Source: Ascoidea asiatica JCM 7603 (lineage: Eukaryota; Fungi; Ascomycota). From it: 64,000 bases of DNA. The position numbers and the translations under genes were made by a program. The stretch's first letter is position 1. Every line of letters begins with the position of its first letter. The stretch spans positions 89,440-153,439 of the forward strand of contig BCKQ01000012.1 in assembly GCA_001600695.1 (NCBI GenBank), given 5' to 3'. The notes beneath the pieces are model-generated. The model was not told the origin of the DNA, searched no databases, and saw only the letters and a program-made list of their open reading frames with translations. Shown here piece by piece: positions 1-11,765 of this stretch.

Positions 1-1590
1 GATGATGATTCTGATGAAGAAATTCAAGTTATAAATGATGATAATATTAGTTCTTTTGTTAAAAAGGCTTCTAATTATAATGAATCTTATTATATGTATT
101 CAACAAGTCTTACAATCACTCATACTGGTGATTATTCTTTAAATGCTACTGCTACTGATTCTCTTAATCATACATCTACTTTTACAGAAACAAAATCTTT
201 ATATATAAATGTTATCACAACTTCTTTCACAAAGGAAACTGATGTTCAACAATTTTTAAGTTCAGTTGAAAAATATCAATATACACAACCAACTGCAACA
301 TCTACAATAAATTGGAATGATTTATATAAATATCCAGATGATTTACCATTAATGTTAAATAATTCAACAGAAAATTCAAATAATGATAATGAAAAATATA
401 TCAAAGTTCCATATTTTATTAAAGATTTTAATTCAACATATCCTGGTTATTATATTAATGTAACTGTTGGTTCACCACCTCAAGAAATTGAATTATCATT
501 ATCAACAGAATTTGCAGATTCAATTTTAAGTTCTGAATTTAAAAAAAATGGAGAATTTGAACCTTTTTATAATTTTAGTAAATCAGTTTCTGGATATACA
601 AATTTATCAAATTCAGGAACAAATTATTCATATTATACATCACATTATAAAACTGATAATTTTGAAATAATTGGTAGTAATTTAACAATTGAAGATATAT
701 CATTTGTTTATTGTGATGAATATCCAAAATTTCAACTTAATATTCTTGGATTAAATCCATTATTAGAAGTTTCTTCAAAAATTAATTATGTTGATATAAC
801 TTATGAAACATTTTTAGATAAATTAGTTAATAATAATTTAATTAATGGTAGATTTTTTAGTTTTTATAATTATTCTGATTCTGGAGATTCATATAATGGT
901 ACAATAATCTTTGGAGGTATAGATACTGAAAAATATGAAGGTGATTTAACATCAATTTCATTTGAATTAGAAGAATTAGATGATTTTAGAAATAGAAATG
1001 GAGTTTTTAAAGGTATTTTTGTTAATATTTCTTCAATTGAATTTATTCATAAATATATTGATATTGATGAAAATGAATATAATATTACAATGATTTTACT
1101 TAGTGAAGAAGAAAGTAAAAAAAATAATTTTTTAACAAATTTTGATTTAGATTATAATAATTATGAAATTAAATTTCCAAAATTAATTTATGATAGATTC
1201 ATGACAAATTATTTATTAAGTTCAGATTATATTGCTAGTGCACCAATTAATTCAACACCAGATACAAGATATGATTGTGCATTATGTTTTATGAATGATA
1301 TTTTTAGATTTCATTTAAATGAAGATTTTTTTATTGATATACCATTAAATGATATAGTTTATGCATCTCAAGAATCAAGAGAATCTACATCATGTTTTTT
1401 AGTTTATGGAACAATTGGAGAAAGTGATAGTGATAATCAAATAATTTTAGGAAATATTGCTTTAAGATATTTTTATATGGTTTATGATTTTGATTTAAAA
1501 ACAATTTCAATGGCAAAAATTAAAAGTGAATTATTAATTCCATCAAATTTAACATATGAAGAAAATATAATAAGTAGTAATAATATATAA
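1..1590 (+). CDS. Pepsin-fold (yapsin/Sap-like) aspartic protease homologue, probably catalytically inactive; 5' end runs off the window
   Basis: Frame is open from base 1 to the ATG at 94. Family motifs present: YYINVTVGSPPQ, NILGL, GTIIFGGIDTEKYEGDL, IILGNIALRYFYMVYDFD. Both DTG/DSG motifs are degenerate. Confidence 0.8.
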   Translation, partial: DDDSDEEIQVINDDNISSFVKKASNYNESYYMYSTSLTITHTGDYSLNATATDSLNHTSTFTETKSLYINVITTSFTKETDVQQFLSSVEKYQYTQPTATSTINWNDLYKYPDDLPLMLNNSTENSNNDNEKYIKVPYFIKDFNSTYPGYYINVTVGSPPQEIELSLSTEFADSILSSEFKKNGEFEPFYNFSKSVSGYTNLSNSGTNYSYYTSHYKTDNFEIIGSNLTIEDISFVYCDEYPKFQLNILGLNPLLEVSSKINYVDITYETFLDKLVNNNLINGRFFSFYNYSDSGDSYNGTIIFGGIDTEKYEGDLTSISFELEELDDFRNRNGVFKGIFVNISSIEFIHKYIDIDENEYNITMILLSEEESKKNNFLTNFDLDYNNYEIKFPKLIYDRFMTNYLLSSDYIASAPINSTPDTRYDCALCFMNDIFRFHLNEDFFIDIPLNDIVYASQESRESTSCFLVYGTIGESDSDNQIILGNIALRYFYMVYDFDLKTISMAKIKSELLIPSNLTYEENIISSNNI

Positions 1591-1662
1591 AAATTCTTTA
1601 TATAATAATATGTAATAATACAATATATAATAATAATATATAATAATATATAGTAATAATAA

Positions 1663-2337
1663 CTAAAAATTATATAATCTTTCTTCAATTATTGAATTTT
1701 TTATATGAACTTTTTCTTTTTCTTTAATGATTAAAAAATTAACATGATTTGATAAAATTTGAGTGAAATTTTTTGAACAATAAGGACAGTTAAATTTAAA
1801 ATTTTTATTTAAATTTGATAAAGTAAATTCTAAAAATTCTAAGAAACAATTGAAATGAAATAAATGATTACAATTTAATTTTAAAACTTTATCATTTAAA
1901 TTCAAATTTTCTAAACATATTGGACAAATGTTAAATTTTTCTTTTAACAATGGATCTATATCTTTGAATAAAATTGGATTTTCATTGATTAAATTTTTAC
2001 TTTTTTTAAAATTTTTATTTCTAGCATTATAATTTTTTATAAAAAATTTCAAAATTTTTTTAAAATTGATTAAAATTATCAAAAAAATTAAAAAAACCAA
2101 ATTAATTTTTAAAAAATCTTTAATATTATTACAAATTGAGTTTAAAAAAGATATAAGAGTTAAAAAAATTTTGAAAACTAAATATATAAAAGAAATAATG
2201 ATTGTAAAAACATGTAATGATAAAATATAAATATTATTTTTGAAAATAAATTTTATTAAGATATATGAAAATAATAGTAGAGAAGAAACTATTAATAAAT
2301 CTTTTATTAAAAATTTATTTAAAATCTCCAATATCAT
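1663..2337 (-). CDS. Membrane-anchored RING-H2 E3 ubiquitin ligase-like protein
   Basis: About three hydrophobic N-terminal segments followed by CPIC-x14-C-x-H-x2-H-x2-C...CPYC. Confidence 0.75.
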   Translation of the reverse strand: MILEILNKFLIKDLLIVSSLLLFSYILIKFIFKNNIYILSLHVFTIIISFIYLVFKIFLTLISFLNSICNNIKDFLKINLVFLIFLIILINFKKILKFFIKNYNARNKNFKKSKNLINENPILFKDIDPLLKEKFNICPICLENLNLNDKVLKLNCNHLFHFNCFLEFLEFTLSNLNKNFKFNCPYCSKNFTQILSNHVNFLIIKEKEKVHIKNSIIEERLYNF

Positions 2338-3095
2338 TATAAATTTTATATTTTTTTTTTTTATTATATGATAATAATAATAATAATAACAATGAAAAAT
2401 TTTAAATTGAGGAAATATTTAATCATTTATATAGATATTTATTTATAATTATAACACATTTAGCCATTTAGCCATAAAACAGGTAATTAAGTATTTAATA
2501 TTATTTAAGAAATGAAATTAAAAGTTTATTGAAATATATAAAAAAAAAAAGATTTAAAAACATTAAATTAAATAAAAACAAAATTATGAATTTTGATAAA
2601 CATTTATTTATAAAATCTGACTCAAAACAAAAAAACATTGAAAATATATAAAAAATGAGACCTGGGAGGTGTGATTGGAATGATTTAATGAGACAAAATT
2701 ATAGTTGTTAAATTTATAATGGTGTGAATTGTATATTAAATATGGGATATTTTGGAAAATAAATGTCTTAAAGTGAATTACATATCAAAACATTGAAAAG
2801 TTTCAATTAAATAAAATTTGATAAAGATAAATTTTGTGGTTAATTGAAAGAATTTAAAATTTTTTTAGTGAAAGAAATGAATATAGAAACATAAATAATT
2901 ATATTGAAAAGTAATGAAGAGTATTAAAAAGTATTTAGAAGTAGTTAGATATATATTATATTAAAAATAAACATTATTAAAAGAAAGACCAAAGACCAAA
3001 GAGTGAAGACTGAAGACTAAAGACTAAAGAGTAAAAGACTAGAAACTAAAGAAATAAAGATAAGTTACTAGAAAATATTATATTTTTGAAGAATA

Positions 3096-4052
3096 TTAAA
3101 CAAAAAAAAGAGTAATAAAGGCAGTCAAAGAAGAAATGATTGAATAAGATTGAAGTGAATTGGATGAACCCGTAGATGAAGAAGAAGTGGAAGCAGATGA
3201 AGATGAAGAAGCAGATAAAGAACTAGTTTCAGAAGAACTTGAATCTGATTCAGATGAAGAAGCTGTTGATTTTGATGATGATGATGAAGAAGCACTGGCA
3301 GTTTCTACTCTTATTGAAGTTTTTAAAGTTGAATCTGAAGAATCTGAGGTTTTAGAAGATTTTTCAGATGATGTTGAACCACTTGATGAATCTGAATTTG
3401 AAGTTTTACTCGACATTGACATTGACATTGTCATTGTCATTGCATTAGAAGAAGCAGAACCTGAAGCAGAACTTGAAGCAGAACCTGATACTGAACTTGA
3501 AGAACTTGAAGAACTTGAGGAATCTGAGGAATCTGAAGAAGAATTAGAAGTTGAAGAACCAGTATTAATTAATTTAAATTCTAAACATTTTGCATTAAAT
3601 TTAGTATCAAGAACAGCATATTGTTTAATTGAATAACTATATGGATCACTAATATCATTACAAGCATAAAAATTTTTAACAGAATCATTAATATTTAAAT
3701 AACCATCATTATCAAAAGTATATAAATCATAACTTCTAATTACACCAAATTCAAGTATATTATAACTTGAAGATGATGATTGAAAACCTAAGTAATAATT
3801 ATAAATACCTTCATCTGTGAATAATTTTTTTGAAGTTGAATTATATGAAATATCTAAAGTTGAATCTTTTTCAGTACCTAAAAAAACATAATTAATTCCA
3901 GCACCTTCATGAACAGAACCAATTCCAACACCATTAATATCATCACTTGAAGAATCTACATATAATTGAATATAATCATCAGATTTAACGATTGAATTGA
4001 ATAAAGATAATGTTAATAAACATGATTTTAATAAATTATTTTTAAACTGCAT
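3096..4052 (-). CDS. GPI-anchored cell wall protein, Rhd3/Pga29-Pga30-Pga31-like family
   Basis: Signal peptide, VHEGAGINYVFL motif, FYAC...DPYSYS motif, Ser/Thr-rich stalk, hydrophobic C-terminal GPI signal. Confidence 0.8.
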   Translation of the reverse strand: MQFKNNLLKSCLLTLSLFNSIVKSDDYIQLYVDSSSDDINGVGIGSVHEGAGINYVFLGTEKDSTLDISYNSTSKKLFTDEGIYNYYLGFQSSSSSYNILEFGVIRSYDLYTFDNDGYLNINDSVKNFYACNDISDPYSYSIKQYAVLDTKFNAKCLEFKLINTGSSTSNSSSDSSDSSSSSSSSSSVSGSASSSASGSASSNAMTMTMSMSMSSKTSNSDSSSGSTSSEKSSKTSDSSDSTLKTSIRVETASASSSSSSKSTASSSESDSSSSETSSLSASSSSSASTSSSSTGSSNSLQSYSIISSLTAFITLFFV

Positions 4053-4775
4053 TATGTAAAATTATATATTGAAATTGTATTGAATGTTTATATTATAGAT
4101 AAAATTAAAATTAAAACCTGATTAAAAAAATTAAGTTAAAGAAAGAAAGTGAAACGAAAGTAAGAATTATATAAATATTAATATTGATATTGATATTGAT
4201 ATAATTTAATATAATTTGATGGTCTTTATTAACTTTGATAATCTTAATAATATTTAAATGTTATTTCTATTGTTGCTTCTTCTACTGAAAATATTATTAT
4301 TATTATCATCATTATCAATTGAGAATATTTCATCTCGATAAAGATAAAAAGAATCTTCAAAGGAGACTTTTACCGGCTGGCAGTGGTAATAATAACAGTA
4401 ATAACAGTAATAACAGTAGTAATAATAATGTTACCATACAGATTTGTGTTTGCAGGCCTTATTTTTGGTATTTAATTTTAGAAAAGGCAAGCAGGAAGCA
4501 AGGTTACGCCGCAGGCAGTGCAGCACGGTGAGCAACAAAGCAGAAAAAAAGAGCCACTGACAATTTCCCGATTGGGAAACACACCGTATTTTCAGAGACC
4601 GTTGTGGGGCGGTGCAGCACCTAGGCAACGGCCTCGTATTTGGCGGTTGGCAGAGATGTTCAGCCCCAAAAAGAGGGACGATCGGCAGGATCAGGTGATG
4701 CATTGTGTCATCGTGTGGCGCGGTATGCTTTACCACTGCCAATTTCACTCCTTCGAGGCTGTGAGAGAAAAGAAG

Positions 4776-4802
4776 CAGCAGCAGCAGCAGCAGCAGCAGC
4801 AG
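4776..4802 (+). repeat. (CAG)9 trinucleotide microsatellite in an intergenic GC-rich island
   Basis: Read directly from the sequence. Confidence 0.9.
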
Positions 4803-5273
4803 ATGAAAAGAAGGTCAAAAAGAAGAACGTCAAAAAGATGTGTAAGACAATATTCATTAATAATCGAAGCAAGACTTCGAATTCCAGTTATTTTTCACTC
4901 CTGTTTCTGTATTTTGTTACAGGGTTTGAGATCAAAGATGCTGAAATAGAATCCAGGTTTGATTATTTACTCTCACTGTTACTAATTTTCTTCTCCAGAT
5001 TTATTCACTTTACTGCTGATCATGTAGATTACAAAAAAAGAGATTAAAAAAAAATATTAAATAAGAATTAAATAATGATTATTAAAGTATATTAATAAAA
5101 ATATGAATATGAATATGAATATGAATATGAATATTGTTATTCCCATTGATGAATAATTTTCTTTTATTAGAATACATTTTTTTGCAATTGCAATTGCAAT
5201 AATATGTAAAAAAATGATTCAAATACTGTATTTATGATTAACAAAAGTATTATCTTTATCTATTAAATTTTAT

Positions 5274-6357
5274 TTATACAATCAATGATTCACAACTTTT
5301 AGTTTTATTAGTTTTATTAATTTCTTCATTATTATTCAATTCTTCATAATCAGTTTCATTTCCTTCTTCATCTTCATTATATATATCTAATGCCATTCCA
5401 AAAAATTTTGTTAATAAAACTGATAATGATGGCATATCAGGTATATTATCATTATTAATATTATCATTATTAATATTATCATTATTAATATTATCATCTA
5501 TTTTAATAATTTCCTTTTTATTATCATTAACTTCATTATTTAATAATTCTCCAATTGTTAAATTTTTTAAATTATAATCATTAAATTTAATATCTGAGAA
5601 TAAATTTGTATTTAAATTTGGAAATTTTAATAAATTATCTCTTAATTTAATTTTATCTGAAATTTTATTTGGAATATTTGATTCATTTGATATATTTGAT
5701 ATATTTGATATATTAGATAAATTTCGAAATTTTGATAAACTTGATAAATTCGGTAAACTAGGTAAATTTGATAAATTTGGTAAATTTGATAAATTTGATA
5801 AATTTGATAAATTTGGTAAATTTTTCATATTATCTGAAAAATTACTCATATTTAAATTCCAATTTTTATTAAAATTTTTTAAATTTTTATTAACATCATT
5901 TAAATTTATTAAATCTCCAAAATCTTCATCTGAATCTTCATCATTACTTGAAATACTTTCACTTCTATCTCTATTATCAATTTTTTCACTTTTTTTTAAA
6001 ATTTCAATATCCTTACTTATTTTTTCATTATTTACTGTACTTATTTTTTCATCATTTTGTTTTGAATTATTTAAATTAATATCTCTTTGAATTGGATTTT
6101 CAACTTTAACTTCCATTTTATTTTCAATTTCATTCTCAATTTTATTCTCAATTTCATTTTCTATTATATTTGTATTTATATTTAAAGTTTTTGTAAGATA
6201 TTGTCTGACAGAATTTGCAGATTCTGAAAATGATGTATGAGTTGATAAATTTGATAATAATTTAACAGAATTTGGTCCAGAAAATTTTAAATCTGAAAAA
6301 AATGATGAACTTTTTGGTATAATTTTAATATTTTCATTAGAAAATGTTTTTTCTATT

Positions 6358-6389
<32 letters not shown>

Positions 6390-7862
6390 TCCATTATTAT
6401 TTGAAAAAAATTCTTCAAGTAATTTATTTCTTTTATTCATTGTTTCTTTACTTAAAACAATTTCTCTTTCATAATTATTATTTAAAAAATTTTCTTCATT
6501 ATCAAAATTATCATTTAAATTAATTTTTTTAATTAATTTAATTTGATTTGTATTATAACTATTACATTTTTTACATTTTAAACCTAAGATATGAAATTTA
6601 CAAGAAGATTTTAATGTACAATCATTACAAATTATTATACATTTCCAAAAACAATATGGTTCAGGTAATTTTTCTCTTTGAATTTCATAATCTAAAATTC
6701 TAAATTCATTTTCCATATCAATTATTGATTTTAAACATATTGGACATTTATAAAAATTTTTTAAATAATTATTTAAACAAATTGAATGAATTGAATGACC
6801 ACATGACATTAATGAAATTTTTTTTGTTGAAGTAAATAAATAATCATTACAAATTGGACATTCTCTTTTTATAGAATCTTGAATACATTTATGATTATTT
6901 TTTAATTCAATTGAAATACATGCATCACAACCATTACAATGATAAAAATCTTTATTTAAACCAAGACCTAATCTACAAATTCCACAATCATTACAATGAT
7001 AAATATTTTTATTAATATCATCATCAAAAATATTACATAATTTACAAAAATAATTTGAAAAACAATTTTGACAATTTATACAATTTTTTGAAGAATTTTG
7101 AATAATTTTACAATTCATACATAAAATTTTTAAAATTTTTTTTTTATTATTAATAATATTATTATTATTATTATTATTAATATTATTAATATTATTAATA
7201 TTATTATTTTTTAATAAAGTTAAAGAATGTGAATGAATAATTTCATCATGACAATTATGACAAGTGAAAAATTGTTTACAAATTGAACAATATAATTTAC
7301 AAGATCTTTGATAATGTTTACAACCAAGAATTTTATTTTCATAATCAAAATAAGTTTCAATTTCATCTTCTGCAAAATAATCAAGATCTTCATTATTATA
7401 ATCGTTATTATTATTTTCATTATTATTGAATATATATTCTTTATCATTTTCATTATTATCATTCTTTTGATTTAGATTTAGATTATGAATTTGAATTTGA
7501 ATTTGATTGTCATTTTGATTTATACTACTAGTATTTGTAGTAATATTATTATTAATTGGAATATTATTTGAATTTTGGTTATTGATATTATTATTATTAC
7601 TAATATAAGATTTTAATTCATTATTAATTTCATTATTTAATTGATTAATTGTATTATAAACAAGAGATGGAGCCATTAATTGTTGAATTAATAAATTTTT
7701 ATCATATTGACTTAAAGTTTTCCTTTTTCTAATTTGTTGTATTTTTGATCTTAATAATTTTTCATTATTATTAGTTTCTATAGAATCTATATTTGAATTA
7801 TTACTTATATTATTATTTGAAGTTGTATTTGAAATATTAATTGAATCATTTTGAATTGACAT
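5274..7862 (-). CDS. Pirh2/RCHY1-like E3 ligase (CHY, CTCHY, RING-H2, zinc ribbon) with long Asn-rich extensions
   Basis: LGCKHYQRSCK, YFCKLCNIFDDD, YHCNDCGICRLG, ECPICNDYLFTS...CGHSIHSIC...YKCPIC, CNDC...FHILGLKCKKCNSYNT. Confidence 0.9.
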
Positions 7863-8651
7863 TTGTATGAAAATATTTTATTAAATAGATTATAAGCCCG
7901 AGTGAGTATAAAAAAAGATATGAGAATGAGATTGAAATGAGAAGAAATATATTATTCTTCTTAATTTTTGATTATTATTAAATGATGAATTAAATAAATA
8001 TATTGAATAAGATAAATAATATCAAATATATCAAATATATCAAATATATTAAATATATCAAATATATTAAATAACAAAAGGTGTAGTTACTTCATTTGCT
8101 TTATTTATTCACTCAACTTTGATTTTGAATCAGCTCGCACCCAACAAGGCTCGTAATGAATCACAGGCAAACAGACAGACCCCATTCGAGCCGGAAGTGG
8201 GAAAGGAAAGTCAGGTTTGTTATCCAAGAAACGGGATATAATCGTATTTTTATTATTTAAATGCCCAATATAGTCACATGTTTCCCTTGGCTTATAGCCC
8301 AGATGGAGTAAGATTTAACTTTCGGGGTCCTCTATTGAACAACAAAGCTGCTGTTGGCAGGTGATCAGAGCCCCGAGGTTCCCGGAACTGATTCAGATTC
8401 ACAAGCAGCAAGTTTTGACGCCGGTGAGAAAGAAAACAGACAAGGAACAGAGAAGGAACAGAGAAGGAACAGAAACAGGTGAATTCAGACAACAAAAAAC
8501 AGTGTACGTGATTAGTTGAGGGTTTGTATCTAGGTGAAATTATACTATTCAATACTACTTACTTACTTACTTACTTACTATTAGTTAACTGGAATATGAT
8601 TAGAAATATGATTAGAAATATTAATATTAATAATAACATTAATAACATTAA

Positions 8652-9576
<925 letters not shown>

Positions 9577-9918
9577 TTATAATAAATATATATTTTCAAA
9601 TTTTATTCAATTGAAATTAATTGAATTAAAATATTTATTAATTTATTTTAATAATTATAATCTTATTTTATAACTTCATTTCAATGTTTTTTTAATCTTC
9701 TTTATCGTTGCAATTCTCAAAATTCAATTTTTAAAATTGAATCCAATATAATCCACGTGACTGGATGATATAGTAATCTGAATTGGGTAATAAACTACAC
9801 TTCCGACTTGTCTTCCAGTTAATTGAATAATTTTAAATAATCTTTAATCAACTGAAATAATGAAATAATGAAGAAGTGAATATAGAATATAGAAGACAAG
9901 AGAGAGAATAATGTTGTA

Positions 9919-10566
9919 ATGAGTGAAAAACGTGTAAAGAAGTTACAAAAGAATAATAATGGAGTTGCTTTAATCAGTGGTTATAGTAGTAGTAGTAGTG
10001 ATTCAGATAATGATAATGATAATGATAATGATAATCAAGAATCAAATAATTCAGATTTAAATATTCAAGATAAAGAAATAGAATTTAATGAAGAAAGTAT
10101 ATTAAAGAAGCTTGAATTACATTTAAATGAAAATAAATCAATTGAGAATGAAATTGAAGATACCGAGAATGACAGTGAAAGTGAAAGTGAAAGTGAGAAT
10201 GAATTTGGATTAAATATGAATGAATTAGACAAATTAGACAAATTAGATGATTTGAATGATATTGATAATAGTAATAAAAGAGATAATAGAGAAAATGAAT
10301 TTTTTAAATTATTAGAAGATTATAAAATAAATTATTTTAAATTATGGGAAGATCAAATTTATTTAATTTTAAAAGATTCAAGATTTTATTTATATAATTC
10401 AAATAAAGAAAGAAAATTAATTTTTCAAAAATGGTCAAATTTAAAAATTAAAGAAAAAGAAAAGAATTTCAATAGTAATGATAATGATAATGATAATGAA
10501 AATAAAGTTAAAAATAAAATTTTAGAAAATTCATCAATAATTTTTTTAAAATTTATTGAAAATGAA

Positions 10567-10608
<42 letters not shown>

Positions 10609-11106
10609 TTTGAAAATAAAAAATTTGATTATTATTTTGAATTTAAAGAAAAAAATAAAAAAAATTTAAATTTTAAAAAAATTAATTTAAAAAATAATGA
10701 AAAAGAAAAATTATATAGAGATTATACAAATAATATTAAAAAAATTTATAAAAATTTAAAAGAAAGAAAAAAAAAAACAAAATTATATTTATTTGAAAAT
10801 AATTTATTAAAAAAATATATTAAAAATATTAATAAAAATAATGATAAAAATAATGATAAAAATAATGAAATTGATATTAAAAAGATTTTAAAAAAATATG
10901 AGAAAGAGATAAATAATTTAAATTCAATTGATGATAATAAAGATAATGATAATGAAAATGAAAATGAAATATATTCAATTTTACATTCATTTGAAAATGA
11001 ATTAAGTTTACCAGTGGAAATTATAAATAAACCAAAATATTTCATAGCTCCAGTTAAAGAAAGACTTGAATTATTACATAAAGTAATCAGTGAACTTATA
11101 TATTAA
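9919..11106 (+). CDS. FF-domain protein, possibly a Urn1/Dre4-like splicing-associated factor
   Basis: FF-like repeat FFKLLEDYKINYFKLWE...LKDSRFYL...ERKLIFQKW, a weaker second repeat, and an N-terminal LISGYSSSSSD acidic segment. Confidence 0.6.
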
Positions 11107-11243
11107 TATTATATAATATTATATTTCATTAGTTAAAATACTTGAATAAAAGATTTTATAACACTTTACCAGTAAGAAGAAAGTACAAAAAAGAATAAAA
11201 AAAAATTAAAGTATACAGTATAAAGATGAAATAAAAAAAAGAA

Positions 11244-11325
11244 TGATAACCGCGAGGTTCGAACTCGCGCCTCCGAAGAGACCAGGACCTTAACCTGGCG
11301 CCTTAGACCACTCGGCCAGGTTACC
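11244..11325 (-). tRNA. tRNA-Leu(AAG), intronless, long variable arm
   Basis: Reverse complement is GGTAACC TGGCCGAGTGGTCTAAGGCG CCAGG TTAAGGT CCTGG TCTCTTCGGAGG CGCGAGTTCGAACCTCGCG GTTATCA. A and B boxes are present and an oligo-T terminator follows. Confidence 0.97.
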
Positions 11326-11765
11326 TTTCTTTGGCATTTTCATGCATTTGTGTTTACTAGTGTCTTTTCAGCATTTCTATCACGTGGTCATTATCTAGGA
11401 CAACACCATCCAGGACAGAGACAACATTCTTCCACATCCAGGACGGCTGCTTAGACCCAGTGCTGTGGCTCTTCTCGGCTCATTCCTGGCTTTTTGCTCT
11501 GAGACAGCGCAGTGGGCGGTTACGTCGCTGGCTTTGTTTATTTCGACTGTGTTTATTTCTTCTCGATATACTACTTATTTGTATTTCAAATATCTCTTTC
11601 TTTGTTTATAATCCATTTATATCAATTCATCTATTCAATCATTCAATCATTCAATCATTCACTTCAATTCAATTCAATTCAATTCATCACAACTTATTTT
11701 ATCTCAATTCAATTCTTTCACTTCACTTCTCTTCTATTCTCTTCTATTCTAAATGATATATCAAA

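Noticed and set aside
3160-3636. 158-aa highly acidic ORF on the + strand
   Set aside because: Antisense shadow of the Ser-rich TCA/TCT codons of the GPI wall protein; no independent evidence.
4319-5047. Overlapping short ORFs, including poly-Q and poly-A translations
   Set aside because: They arise from a stop-poor GC island plus a CAG repeat. The + strand ORFs start at non-ATG codons, codon usage is unlike real genes here, and no domain is recognisable.
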